Part shown: piece by piece, positions 7,319 through 17,171 of the stretch
Position numbering within the stretch: the first letter of the stretch is position 1
Layout: every line of letters begins with the position of its first letter
DNA from: Parcubacteria group bacterium GW2011_GWC1_45_14
GTDB lineage: Bacteria > Patescibacteriota > Minisyncoccia > Moranbacterales > GWC2-37-73
Direction of reading: 5' to 3'
Length of the DNA stretch: 64,000 nt
Assembly (NCBI GenBank): GCA_001001345.1
Contig: LCKI01000003.1
Location: 4,614-68,613 of the forward strand
Notes under the pieces: generated by a model
What the model was told of the DNA's origin: nothing
Seen by the model: only the letters and a program-made list of their open reading frames with translations
Database searches by the model: none
Translations under genes and position numbers: made by a program

Positions 7319-9442
7319 TTACATTTGCCATTTATCCCTTTCCACCTGATCGTCCATGGCGCTGGCATATTGTGGGCCGCTTTTCTCTCCGACCAGGATC
7401 TCCCTGGCTTTCGCCCCGTCTCCGGGACCGATCACTCCTCTTTCTTCCAGGATGTCGATCAGTCTGGCCGCCCTCGCATATCCTATCCTGAATTTCCTTT
7501 GCCTCGAATTTCATGGAACCGAAATCCAGCTTGTCCTCGCTTGGCAGATCCAATTCCTGCTGCTCTCCGGGCGCGCCCGCCACGATGTTCTCGCCGATCT
7601 CTTCCTCCCCTCTCTCGATTTTCTGGTTCTTCACGAAAGAAACCACTTTCTTCACTTCTTCCTCTGAGACATATACTCCCTGGATACGCTTCATGCCTGT
7701 CGCTGAAACCGAAAGGAAAAGCATGTCTCCGTTGCCCAAAAGCTTCTCTGCTCCGGCGCTGTCCAGCATGGTCCGCGAGTCCATCAAGGATGGGACTTTG
7801 AAAGCGCCCTGGCCATCTGCGCCAAACGGATTATCGCACCTTCTACTTCTTTCCCGTGCGTGGCCATAAGGTCGGCCAGCTCGTCAATCACGATGACGAT
7901 ATATGGAATCTTCTCAATTTCCTCTTCAATCGTCTCGTTCGTGTCGGGATCGACGATCGTCACGGTCTCGCCAGCTTCCGCTTTCTTGTTATATGAAACG
8001 ATGTCCCTCGAACCGCTGAGCTGAAGTTTCTTATATCTTCTTTCCATCTCCCCGATCGCCCATTTGAGGGCGCTGAGAACCTTGCCGTTGTCCACGATCA
8101 CGTCCGAAAGCAGATGAGGTATCCCGTTATAAAGCGAGAGTTCCACTCTCTTGGGATCCACCAAAATAAGCTTGAGGTCTTCCGGCGAATTCTGGTATAT
8201 CATCGAAAGAAGGATGGAGTTCACGCAGACGCTTTTTCCGCTGTTTGTCGATCCCGCGATCATAAGATGGGGCATCTTCTTGAGGTCGGCATAGATGAAA
8301 CTTCCGCTCACGTCTTTTCCAAGCGCCAACAAAAGATTCGAGTTCCTGCTTTCGAATTCCGGGGTTTCCAAGAGCTCCCTCATCCTGACCATCGCGATTG
8401 ACTTGTTCGGCACTTCGATTCCGATCAAGGATTTTCCCGGAATCGGAGCCTCTATCCTGACCGAATGGGCGGCAAGCGCCAAAGCCAGATCCTGAGAATA
8501 CGAGGTTATCCTGCTCAGTTTCACTCCCACCGCAGGACGGAAACTGTATTGCGTCACCGTCGGACCGGTCTTGATCTCGCCCGGCTCCACGTCTATTCCG
8601 AAATGCCTGAACGTATCCTGGATTATTTTAGAATTCTTGCCCACATCCCCGCCCAAGGCGGTCTCGGTCGAAGTTTCCAAAAGATCCAACGGCGGAAGCT
8701 CCCAATCCTCCGGACTGACCTTCTTTTTCTTCTTGAATATCTTTTCCATGATAGGCATCCTGACTTCGGCCTCCACGTCCTCATTTGGATCCTCGACGTA
8801 CTGGGACTCCTCCGGAACATTCTCGGGTTCAACGTGGTGCTCAAGGATAGGGTTGGCGTCCTCTTCAACTTCATCCTCTTCTTCTTTGGAGATTTCCATC
8901 GCCTCCATTTTCCTACTGATGAACTTCCTAACGAAAGTCACCAAGGAGAAGTTGAAAGCAACGATGATTCCGGAAAGCAGCAGCGCCGACAAAATTACGG
9001 TTCCTCCGATCCTTCCCGTGAGCTTGATAAGCAGATAGGCAATGGCGTAACCGATATATCCTCCTCCCTGTCCGTCCTGGGCCAGTTCAAGCAGTTCATT
9101 ATTATCGAAATAAATATGGAAGAAAGCCAGGACGCTGAAAAAAGCTATGGAAAGACCGATGATTTTGGAAATATAGAAAAGCGCTTCCTTGCGGAAAAGC
9201 AAAATGATGCCGGCTGCGATTAAAACGAATGGGGAAAGCCATTTTCCCCAACCGAACAAGGATCCGGCCGCCATGTCGAGATATTCTCCCAGCAGTCCGG
9301 CTTGCTCGAAAAAGCCGAGCACGAAAAGGATAGCCAAGGCGAAAAGAAAAATCGCCGTCGCCCCTCTTTTCGCGTCGCTATGCACGACCGCTTTTTTTTC
9401 CGCTATCTCTTTTTCAATATCCTCTTTTTTTCTTCTTCCCAT
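7319..9442 (-). pseudogene. ftsK: DNA translocase FtsK/SpoIIIE interrupted by two frameshifting deletions (or by assembly errors)
   Basis: 4TM region, GSTNSGKS Walker A, IVIDELADLM; frame breaks near 7805 and 7502; gamma-domain tail [22 protein letters not shown] in a shifted frame ending at TAA 7319-7321. Confidence 0.85.
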
Positions 9443-9624
9443 TTGTTTTGATTTTTCCGCCAAAAATCGGCGGCAAATATAGAGCTTAATACCCTTATTC
9501 TATCACACAAGCGCCCTCTCCGCCATATTCCACGGAGCCCGCCTGGACCCAGATGAAGAGCAATTCCTGCGCTATATTTTCTATTTCCATATTTTTGTTT
9601 TTTAGGGCCCGTTTGGGCCATTGA

Positions 9625-10287
9625 TCAGATACTGACGAACGCCACCGGTAGCACTTTCTTGAAAGTCCCCGCGATCATGATCGAATCCGTTTCCGAAATG
9701 TAGATCGGATGGTGCGTCTTGTTCGTGGATTCAGGGAAAAGCCCGATAACCCCGTCCCCTAACTTCTTAAAACGCTTGATGGTCGCCATGCCGTTGATGA
9801 CCGCGACCACCGTTTTGCCGTCGAGATCGTCGAATCCTTCCGCTTTCTCGAAAATCACGTAATCACCGTCGTTTATTCCCGCTTTGTTCATGGAATCCCC
9901 CAGGGCTTTGACTGCGAAAAGCTTTTTCGGATCGGCCTTGAAAAAAAGATTCTTGGAAATCTGCAGGAAGTCGTCCGCCGCCCCTCCATCCGCATAGGCC
10001 AGAGCCTCCCCGCAGGAAGCCAGACCATAAAGCGGAAGGGAAATCACGCTGTTGAGATTGGAATAATTTTTGTTCTCGACGAGATAAATCCTTTTCTGCT
10101 CATCCCTCTTAATGAGGTCCTTTTTCTCCAGGGCCTCGACTACCTGCATGACCGACTTGAGGCTCTCCTCCACCCCCATGGAAGAAAGCTGTTTGTGCAG
10201 GCGGTAACCGGTCGGGTTCTCCTTCCGGCTCTCGATCGCCTCCCTGATCGACTCGAGAATGTTTTTCTGTTTTGAAGTGAGTTTCAT
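9625..10287 (-). CDS. lexA: LexA-family S24 peptidase repressor
   Basis: MKLTSKQKNIL winged-HTH start, GDSM catalytic Ser, ATIKRF catalytic Lys. Confidence 0.8.
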   Translation of the reverse strand: MKLTSKQKNILESIREAIESRKENPTGYRLHKQLSSMGVEESLKSVMQVVEALEKKDLIKRDEQKRIYLVENKNYSNLNSVISLPLYGLASCGEALAYADGGAADDFLQISKNLFFKADPKKLFAVKALGDSMNKAGINDGDYVIFEKAEGFDDLDGKTVVAVINGMATIKRFKKLGDGVIGLFPESTNKTHHPIYISETDSIMIAGTFKKVLPVAFVSI

Positions 10288-10371
10288 GTATTTCTCTACG
10301 AATTACGAATTTTGTACGAATATACGAATGTACAAAAGCATAATCTTAAGCTTAAATATAATGCATCAAAT

Positions 10372-10911
10372 CTATCGCTTTTTAGATTCAAATCCTATTT
10401 TATTTTTTCGGGATTTCATATCTGGATCTTCCTTTTTTAAAAACTCCCTCAATGTGTCGAAAATTATTTTGAATCTTTTATCATATCTCCTTTCCATCTC
10501 TTCGATCCTGGTCCTCAGTTCCTTGTTGCTGATTATCATTTCCCGAAGCTTCACGAATGTCCTGATAATCTGGATATTCACTTCGATAGCCCTGCGGCTA
10601 TTCAAGACGCTTGATAACATCGCTACGCCTTGCTCCGTGAAAACATATGGCAAATATCGTCTGCCTCCATAACCTGAGGTGACAATTTGGAACCTCAAGT
10701 TTTCAAATTCCTTCTTATTGAGCTGAAACATGAAATCATCAGGGAAGCGAGCGATGTTTCGTTTAACCGCCTTGTTGAGATTTTTCGTTTCAACGTCATA
10801 AAGAACGGCTAAATCGCTGTCCAGCATCACTTTCTTGCCTCTTGTCAGAAAGATTTTACTCTCTATTGTTTCTTGCGGGACTGGGATTATGTCGGATTTT
10901 ATATTTTTCAT
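10372..10911 (-). CDS. ORF6N (KilA-N-like) DNA-binding domain protein
   Basis: RGKKVMLDSDLAVLYDVETKNLNKAVKRN..RFP.DFMFQL, PYVFTEQGVAMLSSVLNS. Confidence 0.9.
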   Translation of the reverse strand: MKNIKSDIIPVPQETIESKIFLTRGKKVMLDSDLAVLYDVETKNLNKAVKRNIARFPDDFMFQLNKKEFENLRFQIVTSGYGGRRYLPYVFTEQGVAMLSSVLNSRRAIEVNIQIIRTFVKLREMIISNKELRTRIEEMERRYDKRFKIIFDTLREFLKKEDPDMKSRKNKIGFESKKR

Positions 10912-10977
10912 TTTTGTTTTTTCAAGCAGGCTGTCTTCGGGTAGTCGGAGTATCAATGAAAGCAGCCTGCGCTTTTC

Positions 10978-11208
10978 CTATTTCAAGAATTTTCCCGCTT
11001 CGGCCAGCGCCGTGGAGAATTCCCTGAGATTGTCGGAAAAAATCATCAGGCGGTTCCTGACGGACTCCCCGTCCTTCTTTTTCCAAGTCTCGGAAATGGT
11101 CAAGTAGTTGTTTCCGCTCTTAGCCTTCTTCACGTCAAAGAAATAGGTTTTTCCTCCAGCTTTGACGACCTGTGAATTCACGACTTCCTGCTGTGCGTTT
11201 TGTTCCAT
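10978..11208 (-). CDS. PUR-alpha/DUF3276-like single-stranded nucleic-acid-binding protein
   Basis: VKAGGKTYFFDVK....GNNYLTISE......RNRLMIF. Confidence 0.8.
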   Translation of the reverse strand: MEQNAQQEVVNSQVVKAGGKTYFFDVKKAKSGNNYLTISETWKKKDGESVRNRLMIFSDNLREFSTALAEAGKFLK

Positions 11209-11363
11209 TTTATTTTTTTAATTGTTACATTTTCGGAGCACCCCCGCACTCCTTAGTGTTATTCTATCACTGCTATGTTATCACTGCAAGATACCACTTA
11301 TCCACAGGTTGTCAGGAAAATAAAAAAACCGGCGACCAAACAGGTCACCGGCAAACAAATACG

Positions 11364-13097
11364 TCACATGCGCTTCATTTTTTCAAGTCCGTCCATCAGC
11401 AGGACATTGATGCGGGCTTCAATCTTGGATTTCTTTCGCAAGGAAAGCCTCAGACATTCCTCGACCGCCTTGACTTGCAGTTCCTCGAAAGGAATCGCGG
11501 CGATCGCCAAAGCGGCTTCCATCCGGAAAAAAGGTTTCCCGTTTTTCGAAGGGACGCTGAAAATCATCCTTCTGGCTTCCAGGCAGAGCGTTTCCAGCCC
11601 TTTGAACTTGCGGAACCATTCGTCTCCTTTGCCCACCTTCTTCAGCAGTTCCTTCTTGCCGAAGCCCTCTTTCTCCAGACATTTCTTCATCCATTTGAGG
11701 ACATTGAGATAATGGGCGGACGGATCAGCCAAGAGTTCCTTCAGTTTCTCCAATGGATCCTTTTCTTTTTCCGGCAAATGAGGAGCGTCCGAAGAACCGA
11801 CCAGCGGAGCATCGTAGTCGAATTCATCCTCGAGTACGTTACCATAGATCGTTCCGGCCTTGAATACCTGCCTGTTTTTCTCAAAAACGGCCTTGGCTTC
11901 TTTTCTGGCTATGAAACCCCAAACCTTCCGGTTGCTTTTGTTTTCCCTTTGCCTGATTCTTTCCCTGGTCCGTCCGTGCATCCGGCCGATGTTGTCGAGT
12001 GAGAAAGTCTCACCTCCGGTCCCATGCCACCAAATCAGCAGGTCGATCTCTTCATGCCTCAGGATTTCCAGCATCGCGTCTATGATCACGTCTTCCGTTT
12101 CCTTGACAAGGCACTTGTCACCCCGCTTGAGACCGAAGAAGATTTCCATCTCCTGCTTGGAAATCCCAACTTTGGTCTTGAGCACGTGCTCTGAAAGCTT
12201 CTGGAAAATCTCCCTGGCCTTTCCGTCGCACTTTTGATGCTCCGAAGGGCACTCCCATTCTTCCTTGCGCGCGGCCAAAAGGGCCATGTCGCAAAAAGTC
12301 AGGGTTTCTTTCATTGCCTCAAGAAAGAGCTCCGCCCATTCGATCGCCTCGACCAACCTGTCGGACTTCGATGATTTGCAATCCTCGACCGTATCGCCAA
12401 GGGTGTAAGCGTCGTCTTTGTTCCCATAGGGATGTTCCAATGATTCGACATGGCGGCGCATGAGCATCGATTTCTCGACCTGCTCCTCGCTTATTCCCAG
12501 ATCCTGCGCGATCTCACTGATCGATGGCTGCCTTGCCAGCTTCGCCGTCAGCTTTTCCTCCACCGCGGCTATTTTGCTTATTTCGTCATGGACATGTACG
12601 GGATAGCGCATGGTCCTGGATTTGTCGGCGATAGCCCTGGTTATCGACTGGCGTATCCACCAGGTCGCATAGGTCGTCAGGCGGAAGCCTTTCTCAACTT
12701 CGAACCTTTTCACCGCCGTCATCAATCCGATATTGCCCTCGCTGATAAGGTCAGCCAAAGGAAGGCCCCTTCCCTGGTATTTCCTGGCGATCTTGACGAC
12801 CAAACGCAAATTGGACTCAATCAGCTTGTCACGAGCCCAAGAATCACCGTTTTTGATCCGATAAGCCAGTTCGCGCTCTTCCTCGGCGGTCAACAAATTG
12901 GTTCTGTATATCTCTTTCAGATACGCGGCCACCGGGCCGCTGCTTGCCGCTTCGCCCGGCTCAAATTTGACGTCTTCGCCGTCTTCTTCCGGCTCCTCTT
13001 CTTCGATATTATTGGGTTCCTCTATCTCTTCCTCATCGAAATCGGAAAATTCATCCTCTTCAACTTCAGCCAAATTACCCCTCTCAAAATCCTCCAC
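11364..13097 (-). CDS. Sigma-70 family factor (RpoD/RpoS-like) with an insertion before region 4 and a long C-terminal extension
   Basis: YLKEI...LLTAEEE, SNLRLVVKIARKY.GRGL...DLISEGNIGLM.AV.RF, TYATWWIRQSITRAIADK, SLDNIG...GRTRERIRQ; GGAGG SD. Confidence 0.88.
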   Translation of the reverse strand: MEDFERGNLAEVEEDEFSDFDEEEIEEPNNIEEEEPEEDGEDVKFEPGEAASSGPVAAYLKEIYRTNLLTAEEERELAYRIKNGDSWARDKLIESNLRLVVKIARKYQGRGLPLADLISEGNIGLMTAVKRFEVEKGFRLTTYATWWIRQSITRAIADKSRTMRYPVHVHDEISKIAAVEEKLTAKLARQPSISEIAQDLGISEEQVEKSMLMRRHVESLEHPYGNKDDAYTLGDTVEDCKSSKSDRLVEAIEWAELFLEAMKETLTFCDMALLAARKEEWECPSEHQKCDGKAREIFQKLSEHVLKTKVGISKQEMEIFFGLKRGDKCLVKETEDVIIDAMLEILRHEEIDLLIWWHGTGGETFSLDNIGRMHGRTRERIRQRENKSNRKVWGFIARKEAKAVFEKNRQVFKAGTIYGNVLEDEFDYDAPLVGSSDAPHLPEKEKDPLEKLKELLADPSAHYLNVLKWMKKCLEKEGFGKKELLKKVGKGDEWFRKFKGLETLCLEARRMIFSVPSKNGKPFFRMEAALAIAAIPFEELQVKAVEECLRLSLRKKSKIEARINVLLMDGLEKMKRM

Positions 13098-13213
13098 GTT
13101 TTCCTCCTCTATGAATTTGTAAAAGTGCCGTTATATATAAAAAAATCCCTATTCGAAATTGAACCTGGATTATACCAGGCTTTGATAAAAAAATCAAGCT
13201 TATTTCCCACCGG

Positions 13214-13831
13214 TCAAAGGGGGAATTTTAGCTGTTCGATCGTCTCCAAAATCTCGTCGAAGCTCGAAACGATCTTGAAAGGTTTTCCTTTTTCCAGCCT
13301 TTCCCTTTCATGGAAGCCGAAATCCACCGCGATCGTCCTGAGACCGACTTTGTTCCCTTCGAGTATGTCACCCAACGTGTCAGTCACAAAAACGCAATCC
13401 TCACGCTTCAGGCTATATTTTTCAAACAAATATTTAAATTTCTCGACTTTGGACCTGTGCGTTTCAGCTCCCAGCACTTCTTTGAAAACGTTCACGAAAT
13501 TATTATTTTGAAAATAAGTGTTCAAGGCGGCTTCCTGATTCGAAGAAACGATGAACAGCGGATATTGCCCGGACAGCTTTTTCAAATTCTTCTTGATGTT
13601 CTCTTCCAGCTTCAAGAGCTTAAACGCTTCGTTTTGCAATTCGTAAAATTTTTTTATGGACACCTCTTCCTTTTCCGCATCATCCACCTTCCTTTCGAAA
13701 ATATTACCATTGAAAAAATCCCTATATTTCTCCTTGGTTATCTTCCCTCCCGTGATCTCGACATTTATCCCATAAGCCAACTCGAACGTATCGTGGATCA
13801 CGCCGTCGAAATCGAAAATAATAGCTTTCAT
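13214..13831 (-). CDS. HAD-superfamily hydrolase
   Basis: IIFDFDGVIHDT motif I; FVTDTLGDI motif IV. Confidence 0.9.
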   Translation of the reverse strand: MKAIIFDFDGVIHDTFELAYGINVEITGGKITKEKYRDFFNGNIFERKVDDAEKEEVSIKKFYELQNEAFKLLKLEENIKKNLKKLSGQYPLFIVSSNQEAALNTYFQNNNFVNVFKEVLGAETHRSKVEKFKYLFEKYSLKREDCVFVTDTLGDILEGNKVGLRTIAVDFGFHERERLEKGKPFKIVSSFDEILETIEQLKFPL

Positions 13832-13849
13832 ACTCCTTATTTTTATATA

Positions 13850-15034
13850 TTACTTCACGAAAAGCTTCCCGTCCTTTTCCGCCTTCTCCAACATTTCCAT
13901 TTTTTCCTTCTGTCTTTTCTCCAATTCTTCCGCCTCCGCTTTCCGTTTGGCTAGCAATTCTCCCATGTCCTGCTCATTAAAACTCTTGAATGTGGCCGCT
14001 TCATTTTCCTTTTCAAAATCCCAATATTCCGCAAAGTCCTCCGCCACTTTCCGAAAAGATCCCTTGCCTAGAGATTTTTCAATCACTCGCGCCAAAGGCA
14101 GCAGCCTTCCGGAAAAATGCGCCCGCATGAACAATTCGGTAATTTTTTGCCGATCGGCATATTCGCCGGCTGAGTTTTCCAAAATTGAATCAACCAAAAA
14201 ATCGAATTTTTTTCTTTCCTGAAATCTCTCACGGAAAACCACGTCGCCTTTTTTCAACATCTCCTCGACATATCCGCTGAGAAAACCAAGCTTATAATCC
14301 TCGCTTTCATCCCCGTTAAGATTTTCAATGAGGCTGTTGACGTCAGGAAACGAATGGGTATTGTCTAAAAACTCCTTTTGTTTCTCTGAGATGCCTCCGT
14401 CCGTTTCGAATAATTTGCGAAACCAGCCCTTGATAAAATCGGTTTTGGCGATTTCATCGGCGAACCGCGGATCTTTTCGCAAATATTCGTCGTAAAGCAT
14501 GCTTACCGCCTGCGCTATAAGCGCTTCCTCGACATCCTTAAAATATGAAGTGGTGCCGTCCTTCGATTCCAGCGCCATCCCGGTCCTATATAAATCCATA
14601 TCGTTCTTTTCCTTTGAGAAACGCAAAGAGGTGTAGCCGGCCAAATGGAACATTTCATGCGCCAAGGTTGTCGCAAAAAATACACGGGAAGGATGCGAGT
14701 CAATGATTATCCGTCTCCGGTATTGCGAGCAAGCGCCATCGTCGAATCTTCCTTTGGTGGCTTTATTGACTCCCCCGGGCTTGAACAAGATGACTTCCGG
14801 AGCCAATTTCTCCTCCGCCCCATACCGATGTGCGATTTCATTCACATAACCTTCTATACGCCCGATGTCTTCGCGTTGCTCTGCCGTGAGCTGCTGCTTA
14901 AATTCGGCAAATCCGCTCTCGTTCTTTTTTGAAAGCTCTTCGATTTCCTGATGCCAATTTTCTTTCAGCTCTTTTTTCCTCTCTTCATCCGCCCCGACTA
15001 TGTTATTGAACGGAAATTCCATTTTGTTTTTCAT
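13850..15034 (-). CDS. Hypothetical protein with HEXXH (zincin-like) motif
   Basis: LAHEMFHLAG followed by VEEAL; paralogous to 17172-18119. Confidence 0.7.
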   Translation of the reverse strand: MKNKMEFPFNNIVGADEERKKELKENWHQEIEELSKKNESGFAEFKQQLTAEQREDIGRIEGYVNEIAHRYGAEEKLAPEVILFKPGGVNKATKGRFDDGACSQYRRRIIIDSHPSRVFFATTLAHEMFHLAGYTSLRFSKEKNDMDLYRTGMALESKDGTTSYFKDVEEALIAQAVSMLYDEYLRKDPRFADEIAKTDFIKGWFRKLFETDGGISEKQKEFLDNTHSFPDVNSLIENLNGDESEDYKLGFLSGYVEEMLKKGDVVFRERFQERKKFDFLVDSILENSAGEYADRQKITELFMRAHFSGRLLPLARVIEKSLGKGSFRKVAEDFAEYWDFEKENEAATFKSFNEQDMGELLAKRKAEAEELEKRQKEKMEMLEKAEKDGKLFVK

Positions 15035-15215
15035 ATTTTAAAATATTCCCATTTAACGAACCTGAGAAATTAGCCGATTTCAATCCGCCTTCTTTTTCAG
15101 ATCTCCGTCGCGTCTTCATCCCCGACTCTGATTTTCTTCACTTCTTTGAAATTCCCTCCTTCGAAAAACATCTTTTCCATTTTTTTATTCCTTTTATTTA
15201 AGATTTGATACTTTT

Positions 15216-15527
15216 TTACACAAGGATCAACACGGTTATCGCGGCTGCGAAAAACAGGGCGAGCCAACCGAGAGTGAATGCGAATACCCGCACGGCCTCC
15301 TCTTTCTTATTCTCCAGATAAAGCAGGACCGGCTTGCCGAAGACCAGCGCGGCTGAGATTGCGGCGGAAATCACGAACAGAAGCAGAAACGTCAATGGAG
15401 CCAGGAAATTGTCCGGTTTGTCTCCCAGAAATTTCTCCGCTCCGCGCATAAGGGTCGCGACCAACAGGATGTAGGCAGCCTCACTCGCCGCCAAGAAAAA
15501 AGCAGTTTTCAAAAACTTTTTGTCCAT
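15216..15527 (-). CDS. Small three-TM membrane protein
   Basis: Three hydrophobic segments. Confidence 0.75.
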   Translation of the reverse strand: MDKKFLKTAFFLAASEAAYILLVATLMRGAEKFLGDKPDNFLAPLTFLLLFVISAAISAALVFGKPVLLYLENKKEEAVRVFAFTLGWLALFFAAAITVLILV

Positions 15528-15580
15528 ATGTTTTTTTAATTTAAAAAATTATTTAAATCTTTAAAATTATATTTTCATTT

Positions 15581-15614
15581 TCCTCATTATCTCACGGCCG
15601 TAGGATTATGAGGA
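15581..15614. repeat. 34-bp palindromic repeat, copy 1 (TCCTCATwAT..ACGGCCGT..ATTATGAGGA)
   Basis: Overlaps the stop codon of the PaaX-like gene. Confidence 0.8.
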
Positions 15615-16187
15615 ATTTTTAAAATTCCCTATGGCCTTGGAGAAATGTCTTTTGAGGGAGTCCTCGTTGTCGATTTTTTCCGCCGTGATCACCCTCACAT
15701 AAGCCTGGGCGGAATACAGACGCGTCAGTTCCAGGATGGCATCCTCGAAAGGGTGGGGCGAAACGAAGACGCTGTGTTGCAATTTGAAAAATTTCAATTC
15801 CCCGAGATGCGCGCGCAGTATGTTGCGGAAAACCCTGTCTTTTTCGGGAATGTCAAAAATCACGATTCGCCATTTCTTGTCCCATTTTTTCGGTTTTTTG
15901 AAATTTATCGAACCGCCCAACAAATCCAATCGTCTTGCCTGTTCCTCCCCCTTTTTGGTCAACACCAGCTTGAAAGAGCCGTCGGGAAGGATTTTTTCCT
16001 CGATAAGTTTTTCCGAGGATAGGCGCCGGAGGGAACGATCGAAATTATATCGGTTAGACTTGCTCCACTCCTTGCGGATTTTGCGGAGCGTGTCGAAATA
16101 CTGGCGGGGAGAAGAAGACACTCCCAGAGCCACCCCTCCGAGAAGTGTTATCATGATTTTCTTCTGCACCGGTCCGAATTTATACAT
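15606..16187 (-). CDS. PaaX-like regulator (winged HTH plus Cas2-like/ferredoxin-fold domain)
   Basis: LVLTKKGEE, KKWDKKWRIVIFDIPEKDRVFRNILR..L.ELKFFKLQHSVFVSP. Confidence 0.8.
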   Translation of the reverse strand: MYKFGPVQKKIMITLLGGVALGVSSSPRQYFDTLRKIRKEWSKSNRYNFDRSLRRLSSEKLIEEKILPDGSFKLVLTKKGEEQARRLDLLGGSINFKKPKKWDKKWRIVIFDIPEKDRVFRNILRAHLGELKFFKLQHSVFVSPHPFEDAILELTRLYSAQAYVRVITAEKIDNEDSLKRHFSKAIGNFKNSS

Positions 16188-16196
16188 ATCCCTATT

Positions 16197-16321
16197 TTAT
16201 CACCAACCCACGGCCGTGAGAAGATGAGGATTTTTTTATTATCGACTGTTTTCCTCATAATTATACGGTCGTGGGATTATGAGGATATTATCATTAACTT
16301 ACGGCCGTATAATTATGAGGA
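16197..16321. repeat. Three further copies of the 34-bp palindrome (16197-16230 partial, 16252-16285, 16288-16321)
   Basis: Read directly upstream of the PaaX-like gene. Confidence 0.8.
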
Positions 16322-16352
16322 AAGTGGGGATGGCGACCGGTTTTTTAAATTC

Positions 16353-16982
16353 CTAATGATTGTTTTTAAATATCCTGACGGATTCCTGGTGGATATCGGA
16401 AATCTTTTCCGCCATGGCGGGATCTTTTTGGAATTTTTCGCATCTCAAGGTAACTTCCCTTCCCATTCTTGCCGGAATCCCGAAGAAATCCCAGAGCTTT
16501 TCATAATCATCCAGCGCCGGCGCTTCTTCCCTGTCATAAAACTTTCTCACAAATCCGTAATATCTTTCCATGTCGGAAATATCCTCTCCGTTTGGCAAAT
16601 CGCCTGCTTTGAGATATTTGAGATATTTTCTTATTTGAAAACCTTCCAGATCGCGCATCTCCTGCAAGATCTTCACCGCGGTCAAACTGATCCAGAGGTC
16701 GTCATATTGGGAAATTTCTTTGCCAAGGGGGTTTATGAGTTTCGCAGCCAAGTCCTTTTGGATCTCGTCGCAAAAAAGATGGACCTGCCAACCCTTTTTG
16801 AAATCGTCGGCCGCGAATCCTTTTTCCAAAAATTCCTTGGCGTGCGTAAGGTTCCTTGCGGTCTTCGCGATATACCTGCTGTCGGGATAGATCGTACCGG
16901 AAAGATATTGCCGCATATCCTTGATGCCCAATTTATCCTTAACGGCTAACGCAAATTTTATGTGAGTTCCTTCTAGTGCCAT
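16353..16982 (-). CDS. Hypothetical protein, possibly related to zinc-dependent phospholipase C/HD-like helical folds
   Basis: N-terminal THIKFA, GTIYPDSRY, TH, GWQVHLFCD pattern. Confidence 0.55.
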   Translation of the reverse strand: MALEGTHIKFALAVKDKLGIKDMRQYLSGTIYPDSRYIAKTARNLTHAKEFLEKGFAADDFKKGWQVHLFCDEIQKDLAAKLINPLGKEISQYDDLWISLTAVKILQEMRDLEGFQIRKYLKYLKAGDLPNGEDISDMERYYGFVRKFYDREEAPALDDYEKLWDFFGIPARMGREVTLRCEKFQKDPAMAEKISDIHQESVRIFKNNH

Positions 16983-17031
16983 TTTATTTATTTCCAAATG
17001 CTTATTATGATATTTTTCATACCGATCGTTT

Positions 17032-17099
17032 TCCTCATAATTATACGGTCGTGGGATTATGAGGAGGGGTTCAACGGCTCAGGTGGGGTGGGCCGTTGA
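17032..17099. repeat. 34-bp palindrome copy (17032-17065) next to a TCAACGGC-hairpin repeat (17071-17099)
   Basis: First part is identical to 16252-16285; second part is identical to 27010-27038. Confidence 0.85.
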
Positions 17100-17171
17100 G
17101 GGAAGGGTTTATTTGAGGGAATAATACGCGAATTTTCCCATGCCCTTGTCTATTAATTTATTAGCCATGCG

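Noticed and set aside
11298-11306. DnaA box TTATCCACA (also 48870-48878) as oriC
   Set aside because: Isolated boxes with no cluster and no dnaA nearby
15581-17065. CRISPR array with cas2
   Set aside because: Repeats are irregularly spaced with genes between them, there are no uniform spacers or cas1, and the protein is wHTH-fused PaaX-like
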